NCBI GenBank assembly: GCA_963558245.1
Contig: CAUWGA010000005.1
Span: 813 to 64,812, forward strand
Direction: 5' to 3'
Length of the DNA: 64,000 nt
Source of the DNA: an uncultured Clostridia bacterium
Lineage (GTDB): Bacteria > Bacillota > Clostridia > TANB77 > CAG-508
Numbering within the stretch: position 1 is the first letter of the stretch; every line of letters begins with the position of its first letter. The notes below the pieces were generated by a model. It was not told the origin of the DNA. It saw only the letters and a program-made list of their open reading frames with translations, and did not search any database. Made by a program: the position numbers and the translations under genes. This document shows positions 29,383 through 38,112 of this stretch, one piece after another.

Positions 29383-30615
29383 ATGGGAAAAGTTTTAGGC
29401 ATAATAGCTGAATATAATCCATTTCATAATGGTCATTTATATCATTTAGAACAGGCAAAAAAAATAACTGGTTCTAGCTATACAGTAGCAGTTATGAGTG
29501 GTAATTTTACTCAGCGTGGAAGTACCTCGTTAATAGATAAATGGTCACGAGCTGAAATTGCATTAAACTGTGGTATAGATTTAGTTCTAGAATTACCTAC
29601 ATTATATGCTACTTCAAGTGCTGAAAATTTTGCTGATGGAGCCATAAAAATTCTAGATTCACTAAAAGTTGTAGATTATATTGCTTTTGGAGCTGAAACT
29701 TCTGATATGGATATTTTAAATCCTATTTCTGACGTATTATATCAAGAACCTAAAGCTTATAAAATGTTACTTTCACATGAATTGAAAAAAGGTATTTCAT
29801 TTCCTAAAGCTCGAGAAAATGCTTTAATGCTATATTTAGGTGATATAAGAAAATATTTAAATGTACTTTCTTCTCCTAACAATATTTTAGGTTTAGAATA
29901 TATGAAATTTCTAAAAAAATATAAAAGTTCTATTCAACCTGTTGCAATTACACGATTTGAAGCTGGTTATAATGATGTTACTTATTCTGGAAATATTGCT
30001 AGTGCTACTGCTATTAGAAATATAGTAAAAAATGGTAATTTTAAAGTTGCAAGAAATTTGTTACCAGCTCCTAGTTATGGAATTTTAATTGATAATATAA
30101 AACAAGGTCATATAATTCCAGACATATCTGTATTTGAAAGACAAATTTTTTATAATTTAAGAAAAATGTCTTTATCTGAAATTGCAGAACTTCCAGATGT
30201 CTCTGAAGGCTTAGAAAACTCAATAAAAAAAGCTGTTAACAGTTGTAATACAGTTGATGAATTTTTAAATCTTGTAAAATCAAAACGATATACATCTACC
30301 AGAATTCAAAGAATTTTATTATATAGCTTACTTGGTATTACTAAAAAAGATATGGATTTATCAAAAAAAGTTATGCCTTATATAAGAGTTTTAGGATTAA
30401 ATAATCGTGGAAAATTTTTACTTTCTGAAATCGCAAAAGCAAATCCTAAGCTTGAGATTATAACTTCTGTAAAACGTTTTGTTGATACTTCTACTAATAA
30501 GAATTTAAAAAATATGTTATTAAAAGATATTTGGGCAACTGATGTTTATTCACTTGGCTATGATTTCGATTCTTGTGCTAATCTTGATTTCAGTAAAAAA
30601 ATTGTTACTATATAA
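29383..30615 (+). CDS. tmcAL: tRNA(Met) cytidine acetate ligase (YlbM/TmcAL family nucleotidyltransferase)
   Basis: MGKVLGIIAEYNPFHNGHLYHLEQAKK. Start refined to the ATG at 29383 after SD AAGGAGG. Confidence 0.8.
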   Translation: MGKVLGIIAEYNPFHNGHLYHLEQAKKITGSSYTVAVMSGNFTQRGSTSLIDKWSRAEIALNCGIDLVLELPTLYATSSAENFADGAIKILDSLKVVDYIAFGAETSDMDILNPISDVLYQEPKAYKMLLSHELKKGISFPKARENALMLYLGDIRKYLNVLSSPNNILGLEYMKFLKKYKSSIQPVAITRFEAGYNDVTYSGNIASATAIRNIVKNGNFKVARNLLPAPSYGILIDNIKQGHIIPDISVFERQIFYNLRKMSLSEIAELPDVSEGLENSIKKAVNSCNTVDEFLNLVKSKRYTSTRIQRILLYSLLGITKKDMDLSKKVMPYIRVLGLNNRGKFLLSEIAKANPKLEIITSVKRFVDTSTNKNLKNMLLKDIWATDVYSLGYDFDSCANLDFSKKIVTI

Positions 30616-30640
30616 CAAATTTTATAACATATCATACTAT

Positions 30641-30682
30641 AAAAAACATGTTAAAACTTTTTCAAGTTTAACATGTTTTTTT
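30641..30682. terminator. Bidirectional terminator
   Basis: AAAAAACATGTTAAA...TTTAACATGTTTTTTT. Confidence 0.6.
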
Positions 30683-30687
30683 GGTGA

Positions 30688-30948
30688 TTAGAAATTTAGC
30701 ATATACATTATTACATTTGTGCATAACGCTAAAGTCATAATAAGATTAGTATATAAATACTTATATTCTTTTAGCATTATATCAGATAATACTGTAATAA
30801 ACATTGCTATAACCATACATATAAGAATATATGGTGGTAAACAGATTTTTAAGCATTCTATTATTAAAATAGTTACTATGATAACTCCATTTATCATCAT
30901 CATTGTTTTTTGTAAAGTTGACCACAATATTGTTTTCTTTTCACCCAT
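30688..30948 (-). CDS. Hypothetical small membrane protein (86 aa, 2-3 TM)
   Basis: Hydrophobic ORF at the left edge of the island. No family recognised. Confidence 0.4.
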   Translation of the reverse strand: MGEKKTILWSTLQKTMMMINGVIIVTILIIECLKICLPPYILICMVIAMFITVLSDIMLKEYKYLYTNLIMTLALCTNVIMYMLNF

Positions 30949-31198
30949 ATTGTTCCCTCCTCTTTTATATATTGTATTGTTCTATATATGAAAAACTAAA
31001 AGTAGAGGTTTTCCTCTCACTATTTAGTGATAATGGAATAAAAGACATAAGCCTTGGCTTACATCTTTTTTATAATAACATATTTTACATAATATTGCAA
31101 ATGTAGAAAGTTTTATATTGATATTTTTTGATTATTTTTTTGTTTTATTCAATATATCTTTTATTATATAATAATTTATTACATAGTTACTATTAATA

Positions 31199-32034
31199 TT
31201 ATTGAATTTCGTGATATGCCATAGTTTTATTACAATTCTCTAAAACTTGTTGATTGGTTAATGACTTATTATAAAGTCTACAAGAATATACATTACCTTT
31301 TAAATAATATAAATTATTATTTTTCCAAAATGGACAAACACCTACAAAAAATGGACAATCATCATAATTCCACATATCTAAACCACTTTTGTATCCTTCT
31401 TTTCCATAATAGGTATAACCTAAAGATTTACCATTAACAAAATATTCGACTTTATCTAAACTTTCTTTAATCATTTTATCATCATAGTGTAATTTTTTAT
31501 ATTCTTCACTTTTACTTTCATCATAAACAGTATATACAAAAGTTATATATGCATTTTCATTTTCTTTATAACCATAATCTTTTACTAATATTCCACCATT
31601 ATTAGTAGTACATAGATTTTCACCATTACCTGTAAATGAAGAAATATTGATAAATCTACCTATGCCTAATTCATCTACTTTATCATCCCACCATTGAAAT
31701 AAACCAAACTTCATAGCTCTGCTATAATCTGAATCCAAACTTGGTATTCTGCAAAATAATGCACTGCAACTACGTCCATATCCATTATTATATCTTTATC
31801 ATATAATGAAATGCCTACATAAGTGTCATTGTTTTCTCCTATTTTATTATTGATTTGACTTGATGTAGCAATAATTTCTATTGCTTCTTTTTCACTTGAT
31901 ACCTGATTTAATTTTTTAGCTGTTAATGTTCTTTTCAATATTCCATTGTCTCCTGTTAATGTTGTAATACTTACTCCCGCAAGTATTAGTAATACAAATA
32001 AGATAATTGTAAAATTCGCAAAATCTTGATACAA
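31199..32034 (-). pseudogene. Decayed prepilin-like/LamG-domain surface protein gene (5'-truncated and frameshifted)
   Basis: Two overlapping ORFs (31711-32034 and 31199-31738) in different frames. The first has only the distal half of the pilin-type helix (LLILAGVSITTLTGDNGIL) and lacks the leader and G-cleavage site. The second ends in a LamG-like ...GNVYSCRLYNKSLTNQQVLEN. Confidence 0.6.
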
Positions 32035-32064
32035 TATATAAAAAATATATAGGAGGAGATTTTA

Positions 32065-32709
32065 TTGAAATCTAATAGAAAATTATTTTTTAAAATTATT
32101 ATAATTATATTTGTATTAATTTTAGTAACATATTGTATCTCTGTAGTCTATAAATATGTCATATTATCTAAAATTGCTAGTGCTTATGAAGAAAGTAAAA
32201 AAATTGAAAATTATTCTTATTCGTATATGAGTTCAACATCTAATAATACAATATATAAATTCGATAATATAACAAAAATTACAATGGAGCCAGCAGGAAT
32301 AATAGGAAAATCTATATATTGGTCTGATTCAAGCTCTGGAGAACAATTAGAATTTATGGAAAATGAAAATGAAAAAATTTATTTTAATGTAGATAACAAT
32401 ATTTTAAATACTTTATCTAGTACATCATTATCAACTAATGATAATGAAAAATTTATTAAATTTATTATAGCAATGAATCCATTTTTATTTATCCGAAATT
32501 GTAAATATAACAATATAGATTGCTATGATATTTATTATTATAATGATGGAATAAATATAGAAAAAATTGATAAAAAAACAGGATTAATTTTATTTTCAGA
32601 TTATGTAATTGGTGGAAAAACATACTATAAGTATAATTTTAATGATGTAACAAGTAAAGATGTTGAAAAGCCTGATACTAATTTATATACATATAAAAAT
32701 ATGGAATAA
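32065..32709 (+). CDS. Hypothetical membrane-anchored protein (214 aa)
   Basis: SD GGAGGAG, an N-terminal TM helix, and an N/S/Y-rich ectodomain. No family recognised. Confidence 0.5.
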   Translation: MKSNRKLFFKIIIIIFVLILVTYCISVVYKYVILSKIASAYEESKKIENYSYSYMSSTSNNTIYKFDNITKITMEPAGIIGKSIYWSDSSSGEQLEFMENENEKIYFNVDNNILNTLSSTSLSTNDNEKFIKFIIAMNPFLFIRNCKYNNIDCYDIYYYNDGINIEKIDKKTGLILFSDYVIGGKTYYKYNFNDVTSKDVEKPDTNLYTYKNME

Positions 32710-32769
32710 AATTTTATATAACAAATTATTTTATAAAAATTTCATTATAAAAAATTATGTATTCCTTTA

Positions 32770-32893
32770 TTTTCCCAAAATACATTTAAAAGATTAGTAA
32801 ATTCTTTTATAAATAAAATTAATTTAAACAAGTAGATAGAACTGCATTTTTACAATTCTATCTTTTCTTGTGCAATTTGTACAAAATCACACT
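32770..32893 (+). pseudogene. Remnant of a MobV relaxase gene 3' end plus its terminator and first arm-type repeats
   Basis: About 120 bp, roughly 85% identical by eye to 43750-43872. That stretch covers the end of the intact mob gene, the AGATAGAACT hairpin and the CYGTGCAA repeats. Confidence 0.65.
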
Positions 32894-32952
32894 ATACAAA
32901 TAATTATTATAAATATAATTTGTAATTCTTTATTACTTTACATTTTTTATAA

Positions 32953-33408
32953 TTAAGTTTTATTTATATCTAAACAATCAATTTCATTAGATATTTTCTT
33001 CCTCATTCCATTAATACAGATACATAAAATTATTATTATAGCATCTATAAAAAGATAAAGTGTAGATTTTCTATATCCTTTTTCTTCTATGTAATCTTTT
33101 AAATCTGTTAAATTATCATCGTAAAGTTCAATCTTTTCATTATTTTTATAATATAATGAAAATTGATAATCATTAAAATTCATAAAAAATTCTATTCTTT
33201 TCAAATCGTTTATATTATGAGTTTTATCATAATATTCACTTTCTTTTAGCATATATTCTATTTTTTCTTTATTATTACTGCTTACCTTTACTATACATTT
33301 TCCAAATCCGTTAAAAATATAATATCCACTAAATATTATAATTATCGTTCCTATAGCAATTATCATAATTAATATTGTTTCAATCACTACTAATAAATTT
33401 CTTTTCAT
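32953..33408 (-). CDS. Hypothetical membrane protein (151 aa, N- and C-terminal TM helices)
   Basis: ORF with two hydrophobic helices. No family recognised. Confidence 0.45.
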   Translation of the reverse strand: MKRNLLVVIETILIMIIAIGTIIIIFSGYYIFNGFGKCIVKVSSNNKEKIEYMLKESEYYDKTHNINDLKRIEFFMNFNDYQFSLYYKNNEKIELYDDNLTDLKDYIEEKGYRKSTLYLFIDAIIIILCICINGMRKKISNEIDCLDINKT

Positions 33409-33639
33409 ATCATTTTTTAATTCCTTTTAAAACTAATATTGCTTAATAATCAAATCTACTAATAAATTCTTTTTTCATTATTATTACTTATTTTTTATAA
33501 ATTACTTATAAGTATGTTTTTCATATATTGACAAAAATCTTCAAACAAATCCTTATTTATATGTTCTTTCATTTCATATTCAGTAGGAATATGGTTAAAA
33601 TCTTCTTTATTAAATATATTCTTTTATTGCTCCAAAAAT

Positions 33640-34140
33640 TTATCTTTCTAATTCTTGGTCTATTTCATTCTTTTCCTTTTTTCTTCCTAGCCTTTTTATA
33701 ATTTCATTTACATCTCTAGGGAGTAATCCTTCTCCACAGCTATAACCATTTCCATTTGATATTTTCACTAATTTTTTTGTTAATACATCGTCATAAGAAT
33801 CAAATAGCTCATCATCTAATATAACAAAATCTTCTATACATTGATTTTCTGATAACCATTGCTTTATTTCTAAACCTCTTTCATTTTGTATAAATGGTGT
33901 TGAATCCACATAAATCTCATAATTAGATAATAATTCTTTTAGTTGTTGTCCTTTTCTTGTATATCTCCAGGATGAACTTAATACAACTTTTGCTCCAGTT
34001 TCATTTATTGCTTCTTTTAATAATTTTACTTTTTCTATGTCTATTTCTTGCTCTATTCCTTGTATATCTAAGTTACTAATCTTGTCAAAGTATTCGTCTG
34101 AATTTAGCACACCGTCAATATCTAAAAAAATAATTTTCAT
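33640..34140 (-). CDS. HAD-superfamily phosphatase-like protein (HAD_SAK / polynucleotide phosphatase-like)
   Basis: N-terminal FLDIDGVLN motif I, SSSWR motif, and ILDD motif near the C-terminus. Confidence 0.6.
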   Translation of the reverse strand: MKIIFLDIDGVLNSDEYFDKISNLDIQGIEQEIDIEKVKLLKEAINETGAKVVLSSSWRYTRKGQQLKELLSNYEIYVDSTPFIQNERGLEIKQWLSENQCIEDFVILDDELFDSYDDVLTKKLVKISNGNGYSCGEGLLPRDVNEIIKRLGRKKEKNEIDQELER

Positions 34141-34243
34141 ATTATACTTTCTCCTTGTTTATAAAGTACTTATAAGCATATTATCATATTTTTTATTAAC
34201 TATCAACAAAAAACTACTATCACATTTTAGTTGATAATAGTTT

Positions 34244-34384
34244 TTATTTATTTTTATATTCTATAATATCCGATATTTGGCAATTTAAAACATCACAAAA
34301 TATTTTTAAATATTCCTTATTTAATAATGTCACTTTACCTGAACAATAATTGCAAATTGTATCATATCTAATTCCCGTTAAAAT
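34244..34384 (-). pseudogene. 5'-truncated XRE-family HTH gene
   Basis: Open frame ...TGIRYDTICNYCSGKVTLLNKEYLKIFCDVLNCQISDIIEYKNK* with no start codon. The first ~20 residues of the HTH are missing. It abuts the left direct repeat. Confidence 0.5.
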
Positions 34385-34398
34385 ATAATTTTAAATAC

Positions 34399-34450
34399 AA
34401 ATAAAAAAAGCTGAAATTGGTTAAAATTTCAACTTTTTGGTGGGCAGGGA
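34399..34450. repeat. Left 52-bp direct repeat (att site) of the IME, copying the tRNA-Tyr 3' end plus downstream hairpin
   Basis: AAATAAAAAAAGCTGAAATTGGTTAAAATTTCAACTTTTTGGTGGGCAGGGA. Identical to 44058-44109 except for one base. Confidence 0.8.
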
Positions 34451-34665
34451 ATTCGTACAAACTCGCTAACCTTTGATATTAAAGCATTTTAATTTTTTGC
34501 TCGTGCATATTCCGTGTAGATAAAATACCAATAAATAATTTTAAGAATTGTTAAAAGGATTCATATATCAATCTTGATATTGTTTATTATTAAATCGTTA
34601 AAATTTTTATTTTCTTTTTTCTTATTAATTTTTTATTTTTTGCTATATATAATATATAATTAAAT

Positions 34666-34911
34666 ATCATATATTCATGTATCAAAACAAAAAATTCACA
34701 AAGTAGAAAAAGAGAATAACCATCTACACAAAATAATAAATAAGTTTTGGGATACTCTAGAAAAATTTATTTCTTGGATTTGTAAAAAATTTGATATTGC
34801 TGAAGAAGATAATCTGGTTAGAGATTTTCAAAAGGAAACAAATACTTTTATAGATCCAGAAAAGCAAATTAAACACGAAGAAAGAGAAAAAGAATGGGAT
34901 TTAGAAATGTA
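34666..34911 (+). pseudogene. Startless C-terminal ORF fragment, possibly a second relaxase (Mob) C-terminal remnant
   Basis: Open frame ...HKIINKFWDTLEKFISWICKKFDIAEEDNLVRDFQKE...EWDLEM* with no start codon. It shows weak pattern similarity to the intact Mob C-terminus (INKTFEYVSILFDFSKDTLKRLVNSF). Confidence 0.3.
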
Positions 34912-35311
34912 AAAGGCAGGGATATCCATCATACCCATACTTTGCATAATCTGTTTTTAATGGCTCTACATATGATTTTGTTGAATTAAAGTCTAAACTT
35001 AATCTCAATTTTACTGTTTGTCCTTCATATGTGTTATCACTTACGTCACTTGAAAAAAATACTAAATCTTCTATACTATTTATCACATAAGTATCAGTTC
35101 CAATAGCTTCTAGTATACCTGGATTTTCATCTGTTACTTGTTCCACCTTTATTCCTGTTATATATTCATTTATAATATCTTCCATATCTCCTAAGTTTTC
35201 TTTTTCTTCTTTCTTGGATTGTTTGGTTTCATTCTTTGCTTTTTGCGCTTGTGTAAGTGTTCCGTTATCTCCTATTAATGTTGCAATTGTTACTTCCGCT
35301 AGTATTAACAA
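34901..35311 (-). pseudogene. Second prepilin-like gene, inactivated at its N-terminus and fused in frame behind the upstream gene
   Basis: Begins LLILAEVTIATLIGDNGTLTQAQKAKNETKQ. The residues just upstream (KESFRVTISVLN*TV) align with the KKGITLISLVITIIV of the intact paralog but carry G->S and a TGA. Confidence 0.55.
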
Positions 35312-35317
35312 AACAGT

Positions 35318-36841
35318 TCAGTTCAATACAGATATAGTTACACGAAAGCTCTCTTTACTAAGAGCTATGCCAGACGTAATACCAAAATGAAATAAACCAC
35401 TTTCAAATGTTTTACTACAACTTCCTCCACGTCCAAGAAATGTCCAATAACTTGTAGGAAATCCAGATGATGATTCATACCATGCATTATAATCTGATGC
35501 TGATCCTGATGTTTCATAAATTGCATCTCCATAATGTCCATTAGTAGGTGTTGCTAATTCATAATCTGCCTCTTGAGCACTAGTTCCATCATTTACTGTT
35601 GATGAATATATATTTCTATATCTGCTTGCTGTTCCTTCTGCGACTAAATCTCCTCCATTTGTTAAAGTACTGTTTCCATTATTTACATATGCAGCAATAC
35701 TTTCTTCAGCACCTCCTGACATGTCATAAATTCCGGTTACATTTCCTGTAGTACTTGCTTCTACTCCTAATGTTGTATTATATGCATTTGTCTTACTTTC
35801 ATCTGCTGCATCTACATTGCTTCCTGCCATTCCTGTTATATAACTATTATTACTATTATTCCATACCTCACTATTTTTTCCATATTTACTTTGGGTTAGA
35901 TATGCTACTGCTCCCCATTCATCATTTTTCATTAAATGTGAATCTATTTCATTATCATTATTGCTTAATCCATATGGATTTCCTTCTTCATTCATATTTA
36001 AACATGTCGTAAAAGCATCTCCTATACTTATATTTCTCCAACTTGTTACTCCTGCTCTTACTGTCATTACTTCGTTGCCTGTATATTCTGCTTCCCCTGT
36101 TAATACTTCTGTTGTACAATTTCTATTATTACTTTCATATTTTCCTACCCATATTCCTTCTAATTGCGTTCCTCCATAGTTAAATGCTGGATGTACTACA
36201 TAATCATCCATTCCTCCACCGACTGTTGCTGTTGGATATGTTGTACTATATTCTTTTCCATCTTTTCCTCTATTCGCTGTATCTATAAATACTATATTTA
36301 TATTTCCTGCTGTATTTCCTTCTGTATGATATTGACTTGTTATTTGATATGCATATCTAGGTATCCATACTAGCATACAATATGGCTGTGTTTCATTTAA
36401 CACCTCATTATTTCCATTCGTTGTAAAAGTTGCATCTCCTAACACTATATTTGCCCATTCTTTATTTGCATAATCATACCATTGGCTATCGCCTGAATCT
36501 GTCTTTACCCATCCTGTTCCTTTAACATATTTCACTGGAATCATTCCATCACTTAATTTAGGAGATGTTAATAAGACATTATCTATTCCTGTATATTCAT
36601 TTATTTTGTCTTCATAACTACTTAAAATATTTTCTTCATCCTTTTGAGCTTGCTCTGTTTTATTTTTTGCCTCCTGAGCTCTTGTAAGTATTCCGTTTTC
36701 TCCAGTAAGTGTCGCTATGGTTACCCCAGCTAATATTAGTAATACAATTATTGTAATGACAAGAGAAATAAGAGTAATACCCTTTTTTCCATATTTTAAT
36801 TCTTCTTTTAGATTCTTCATAATTAAATCCATTCCTTTCAT
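35318..36841 (-). CDS. Prepilin-type N-terminal domain protein with a large C-terminal lectin/FGE-sulfatase-like domain
   Basis: Leader MKNLKEELKYGKKG followed by ITLISLVITIIVLLILAGVTIATLTGENGIL (position +5 is S rather than the usual E). The C-terminal motifs GIWVGKYE, NDEWGAVAYL, GIYDMSGGAEE and FLGRGGS recall the FGE/C-type-lectin-like fold. The likely true start is the ATG at 36820. Confidence 0.6.
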   Translation of the reverse strand: MKGMDLIMKNLKEELKYGKKGITLISLVITIIVLLILAGVTIATLTGENGILTRAQEAKNKTEQAQKDEENILSSYEDKINEYTGIDNVLLTSPKLSDGMIPVKYVKGTGWVKTDSGDSQWYDYANKEWANIVLGDATFTTNGNNEVLNETQPYCMLVWIPRYAYQITSQYHTEGNTAGNINIVFIDTANRGKDGKEYSTTYPTATVGGGMDDYVVHPAFNYGGTQLEGIWVGKYESNNRNCTTEVLTGEAEYTGNEVMTVRAGVTSWRNISIGDAFTTCLNMNEEGNPYGLSNNDNEIDSHLMKNDEWGAVAYLTQSKYGKNSEVWNNSNNSYITGMAGSNVDAADESKTNAYNTTLGVEASTTGNVTGIYDMSGGAEESIAAYVNNGNSTLTNGGDLVAEGTASRYRNIYSSTVNDGTSAQEADYELATPTNGHYGDAIYETSGSASDYNAWYESSSGFPTSYWTFLGRGGSCSKTFESGLFHFGITSGIALSKESFRVTISVLN

Positions 36842-36958
36842 TTTTCTTTTGATTTTCTGAAATTATATTATCATATTTGCAAAACATTCGCAAGCAAAAA
36901 CAGGTGCATAACTATTTTATTTTTTAATATAAAATATCTTGCAAAGGAGGTTGCAAAT

Positions 36959-37159
36959 ATGAATAAGCTAAAAATACCAGAAAATCATAGTGGAGTTAGC
37001 AAAACTCTTAGATTGCCTGAAAATATTGTAGAAGATATACAAAATCTTGCCAATCTCAAAAACTTATCTTTTAATAAAGTTGTAATTTCTTTATTAGAAT
37101 TTAGCCTAAATAATTTAGATGAAAAAGATAAAGAAGAATTAGAGAATTTGCAAAAATAA
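36959..37159 (+). CDS. Ribbon-helix-helix (CopG/Arc-like) small DNA-binding protein
   Basis: TLRLPENIVEDIQNLANLKNLSFNKVVISLLEFSL has the beta-strand/helix/helix pattern. SD AAGGAGG. Confidence 0.55.
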   Translation: MNKLKIPENHSGVSKTLRLPENIVEDIQNLANLKNLSFNKVVISLLEFSLNNLDEKDKEELENLQK

Positions 37160-37193
37160 TTTTCAATTTAGGTAGACTTAGAAGTCTATCTTT

Positions 37194-37463
37194 TTAAATA
37201 GCAAGACAAATTATTGTATCATTATCTAAGTATAATTTAATGTTTTTTTCATTGATTTCTATTTTGTATATTTGATTCAAGTTTATCTTTAGATAATTCT
37301 TACTTTCTTCATCTGTTATATTCAAAATTTCATATTCAATAAAATATTCTAATTTATGTATTGAATATTTATTTTTCAAAAATCCATCTTGAGTAATAGT
37401 TACATCTTTCCCTATAAACTCATTTAATTTTTCTTCTAAACTATTATTTGTATTTTGTACCAT
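37194..37463 (-). CDS. Hypothetical protein (89 aa)
   Basis: ORF only. Confidence 0.4.
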   Translation of the reverse strand: MVQNTNNSLEEKLNEFIGKDVTITQDGFLKNKYSIHKLEYFIEYEILNITDEESKNYLKINLNQIYKIEINEKNIKLYLDNDTIICLAI

Positions 37464-37716
37464 TATTATTACCTCATTTCACGAATTTATATTAGTCTGT
37501 TCACTTATTGAATAATTATACTACTCCTATTAGTGTTTATAACATATTTAATAAATTTTATATAGTTTGGAAAACTAAAGTGATTTCATTATAGTATGTC
37601 AAAATTTCTAATGAAACATATTAGAGACTCTAGTCTCAAACCTGTTAAACCACTTTTTGTCTGTATAAAATTCTTGCATAAGTTAGAATGAGGTGTTTAT
37701 TTATTAATAATAATTA

Positions 37717-37773
37717 CTATTTTTCAATTAATAAATTGTCAGTAAAATCCGTAATTTCTATTTTTTTACTCAT
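37717..37773 (-). CDS. Candidate 18-aa micro-ORF MSKKIEITDFTDNLLIEK
   Basis: Very strong SD AAAGGTGGGG 6 nt upstream of the ATG. Divergent from the XRE gene. The longer 74-aa track ORF is rejected. Confidence 0.25.
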   Translation of the reverse strand: MSKKIEITDFTDNLLIEK

Positions 37774-37875
37774 ATTATCCCCACCTTTTTCATCATGACT
37801 CTCATAATATATTAACGTGAATTCCATGATAATATCAATAGAATATTGAAAAAAATTAAAAAAGGTGGAATTCGT

Positions 37876-38112
37876 ATGAATAAATATAAGAATAAAAGTA
37901 ATATCTCTGGAAAAGTTATTCATAATAGCAGAATTGAACATAATTTATCACTTGAAAAATTATCTAATAAACTTGAATTATTAGGTGTAACTTTATATCC
38001 GAATGATATTTATTTAATAGAAAAAGAGCAAAGAATTGTAAAAGATTTTGAATTACTGGCGATATGTAAAATACTTGATATTGATACTAGAAAAATAAAA
38101 GAAGAACTATAA
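37876..38112 (+). CDS. XRE-family HTH regulator (78 aa)
   Basis: Start refined to the ATG at 37876 after SD AAAGGTGG. HTH region LSLEKLSNKLELLGVTLYPNDIYLIEKEQ. Confidence 0.65.
   Translation: MNKYKNKSNISGKVIHNSRIEHNLSLEKLSNKLELLGVTLYPNDIYLIEKEQRIVKDFELLAICKILDIDTRKIKEEL

Noticed and set aside
30719-31106. Plus-strand ORFs 30719-30991 and 30903-31106
   Set aside because: The first is antisense to the 86-aa membrane ORF and has I/F/Y-rich shadow composition. The second has no SD and spans hairpin-rich non-coding sequence.
33500-33624. Minus-strand ORF fragment (...KEDFNHIPTEYEMKEHINKDLFEDFCQYMKNILISNL*) downstream of the HAD gene
   Set aside because: It is only ~40 codons and is preceded immediately by an in-frame stop. 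It has no start with an SD and no recognisable family. It may be another gene remnant, but this cannot be supported.
35318-35320. TGA read as sense (genetic code 4) or programmed read-through joining the two pilin-like ORFs
   Set aside because: TGA functions as a normal stop elsewhere, for example the Alg14-like gene ends at the expected length with TGA in an ATGA overlap. The second ORF's leader is also degenerate (the cleavage Gly is lost). Pseudogenisation is the simpler explanation.
35755-36373. Three plus-strand ORFs (35755-36012, 35961-36179, 36164-36373) and the minus-strand ORF 36660-36893 overlapping the pilin-like gene
   Set aside because: They are alternative-frame or antisense ORFs within a longer ORF that has coherent motifs. 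36660-36893 is simply another frame over the 5' end.
35318-36841. Diversity-generating retroelement targeting the FGE/lectin-like C-terminus
   Set aside because: I could find no reverse transcriptase gene and no template repeat matching the 3' end of the gene in the window. The idea stays untestable here and is not claimed.
37717-37941. 74-aa minus-strand ORF overlapping the start of the XRE gene
   Set aside because: The N-terminal 56 residues are low-complexity antisense of the XRE gene 5' region with no SD. Only the last 18 codons have a strong SD, and those are kept as a low-confidence micro-ORF.
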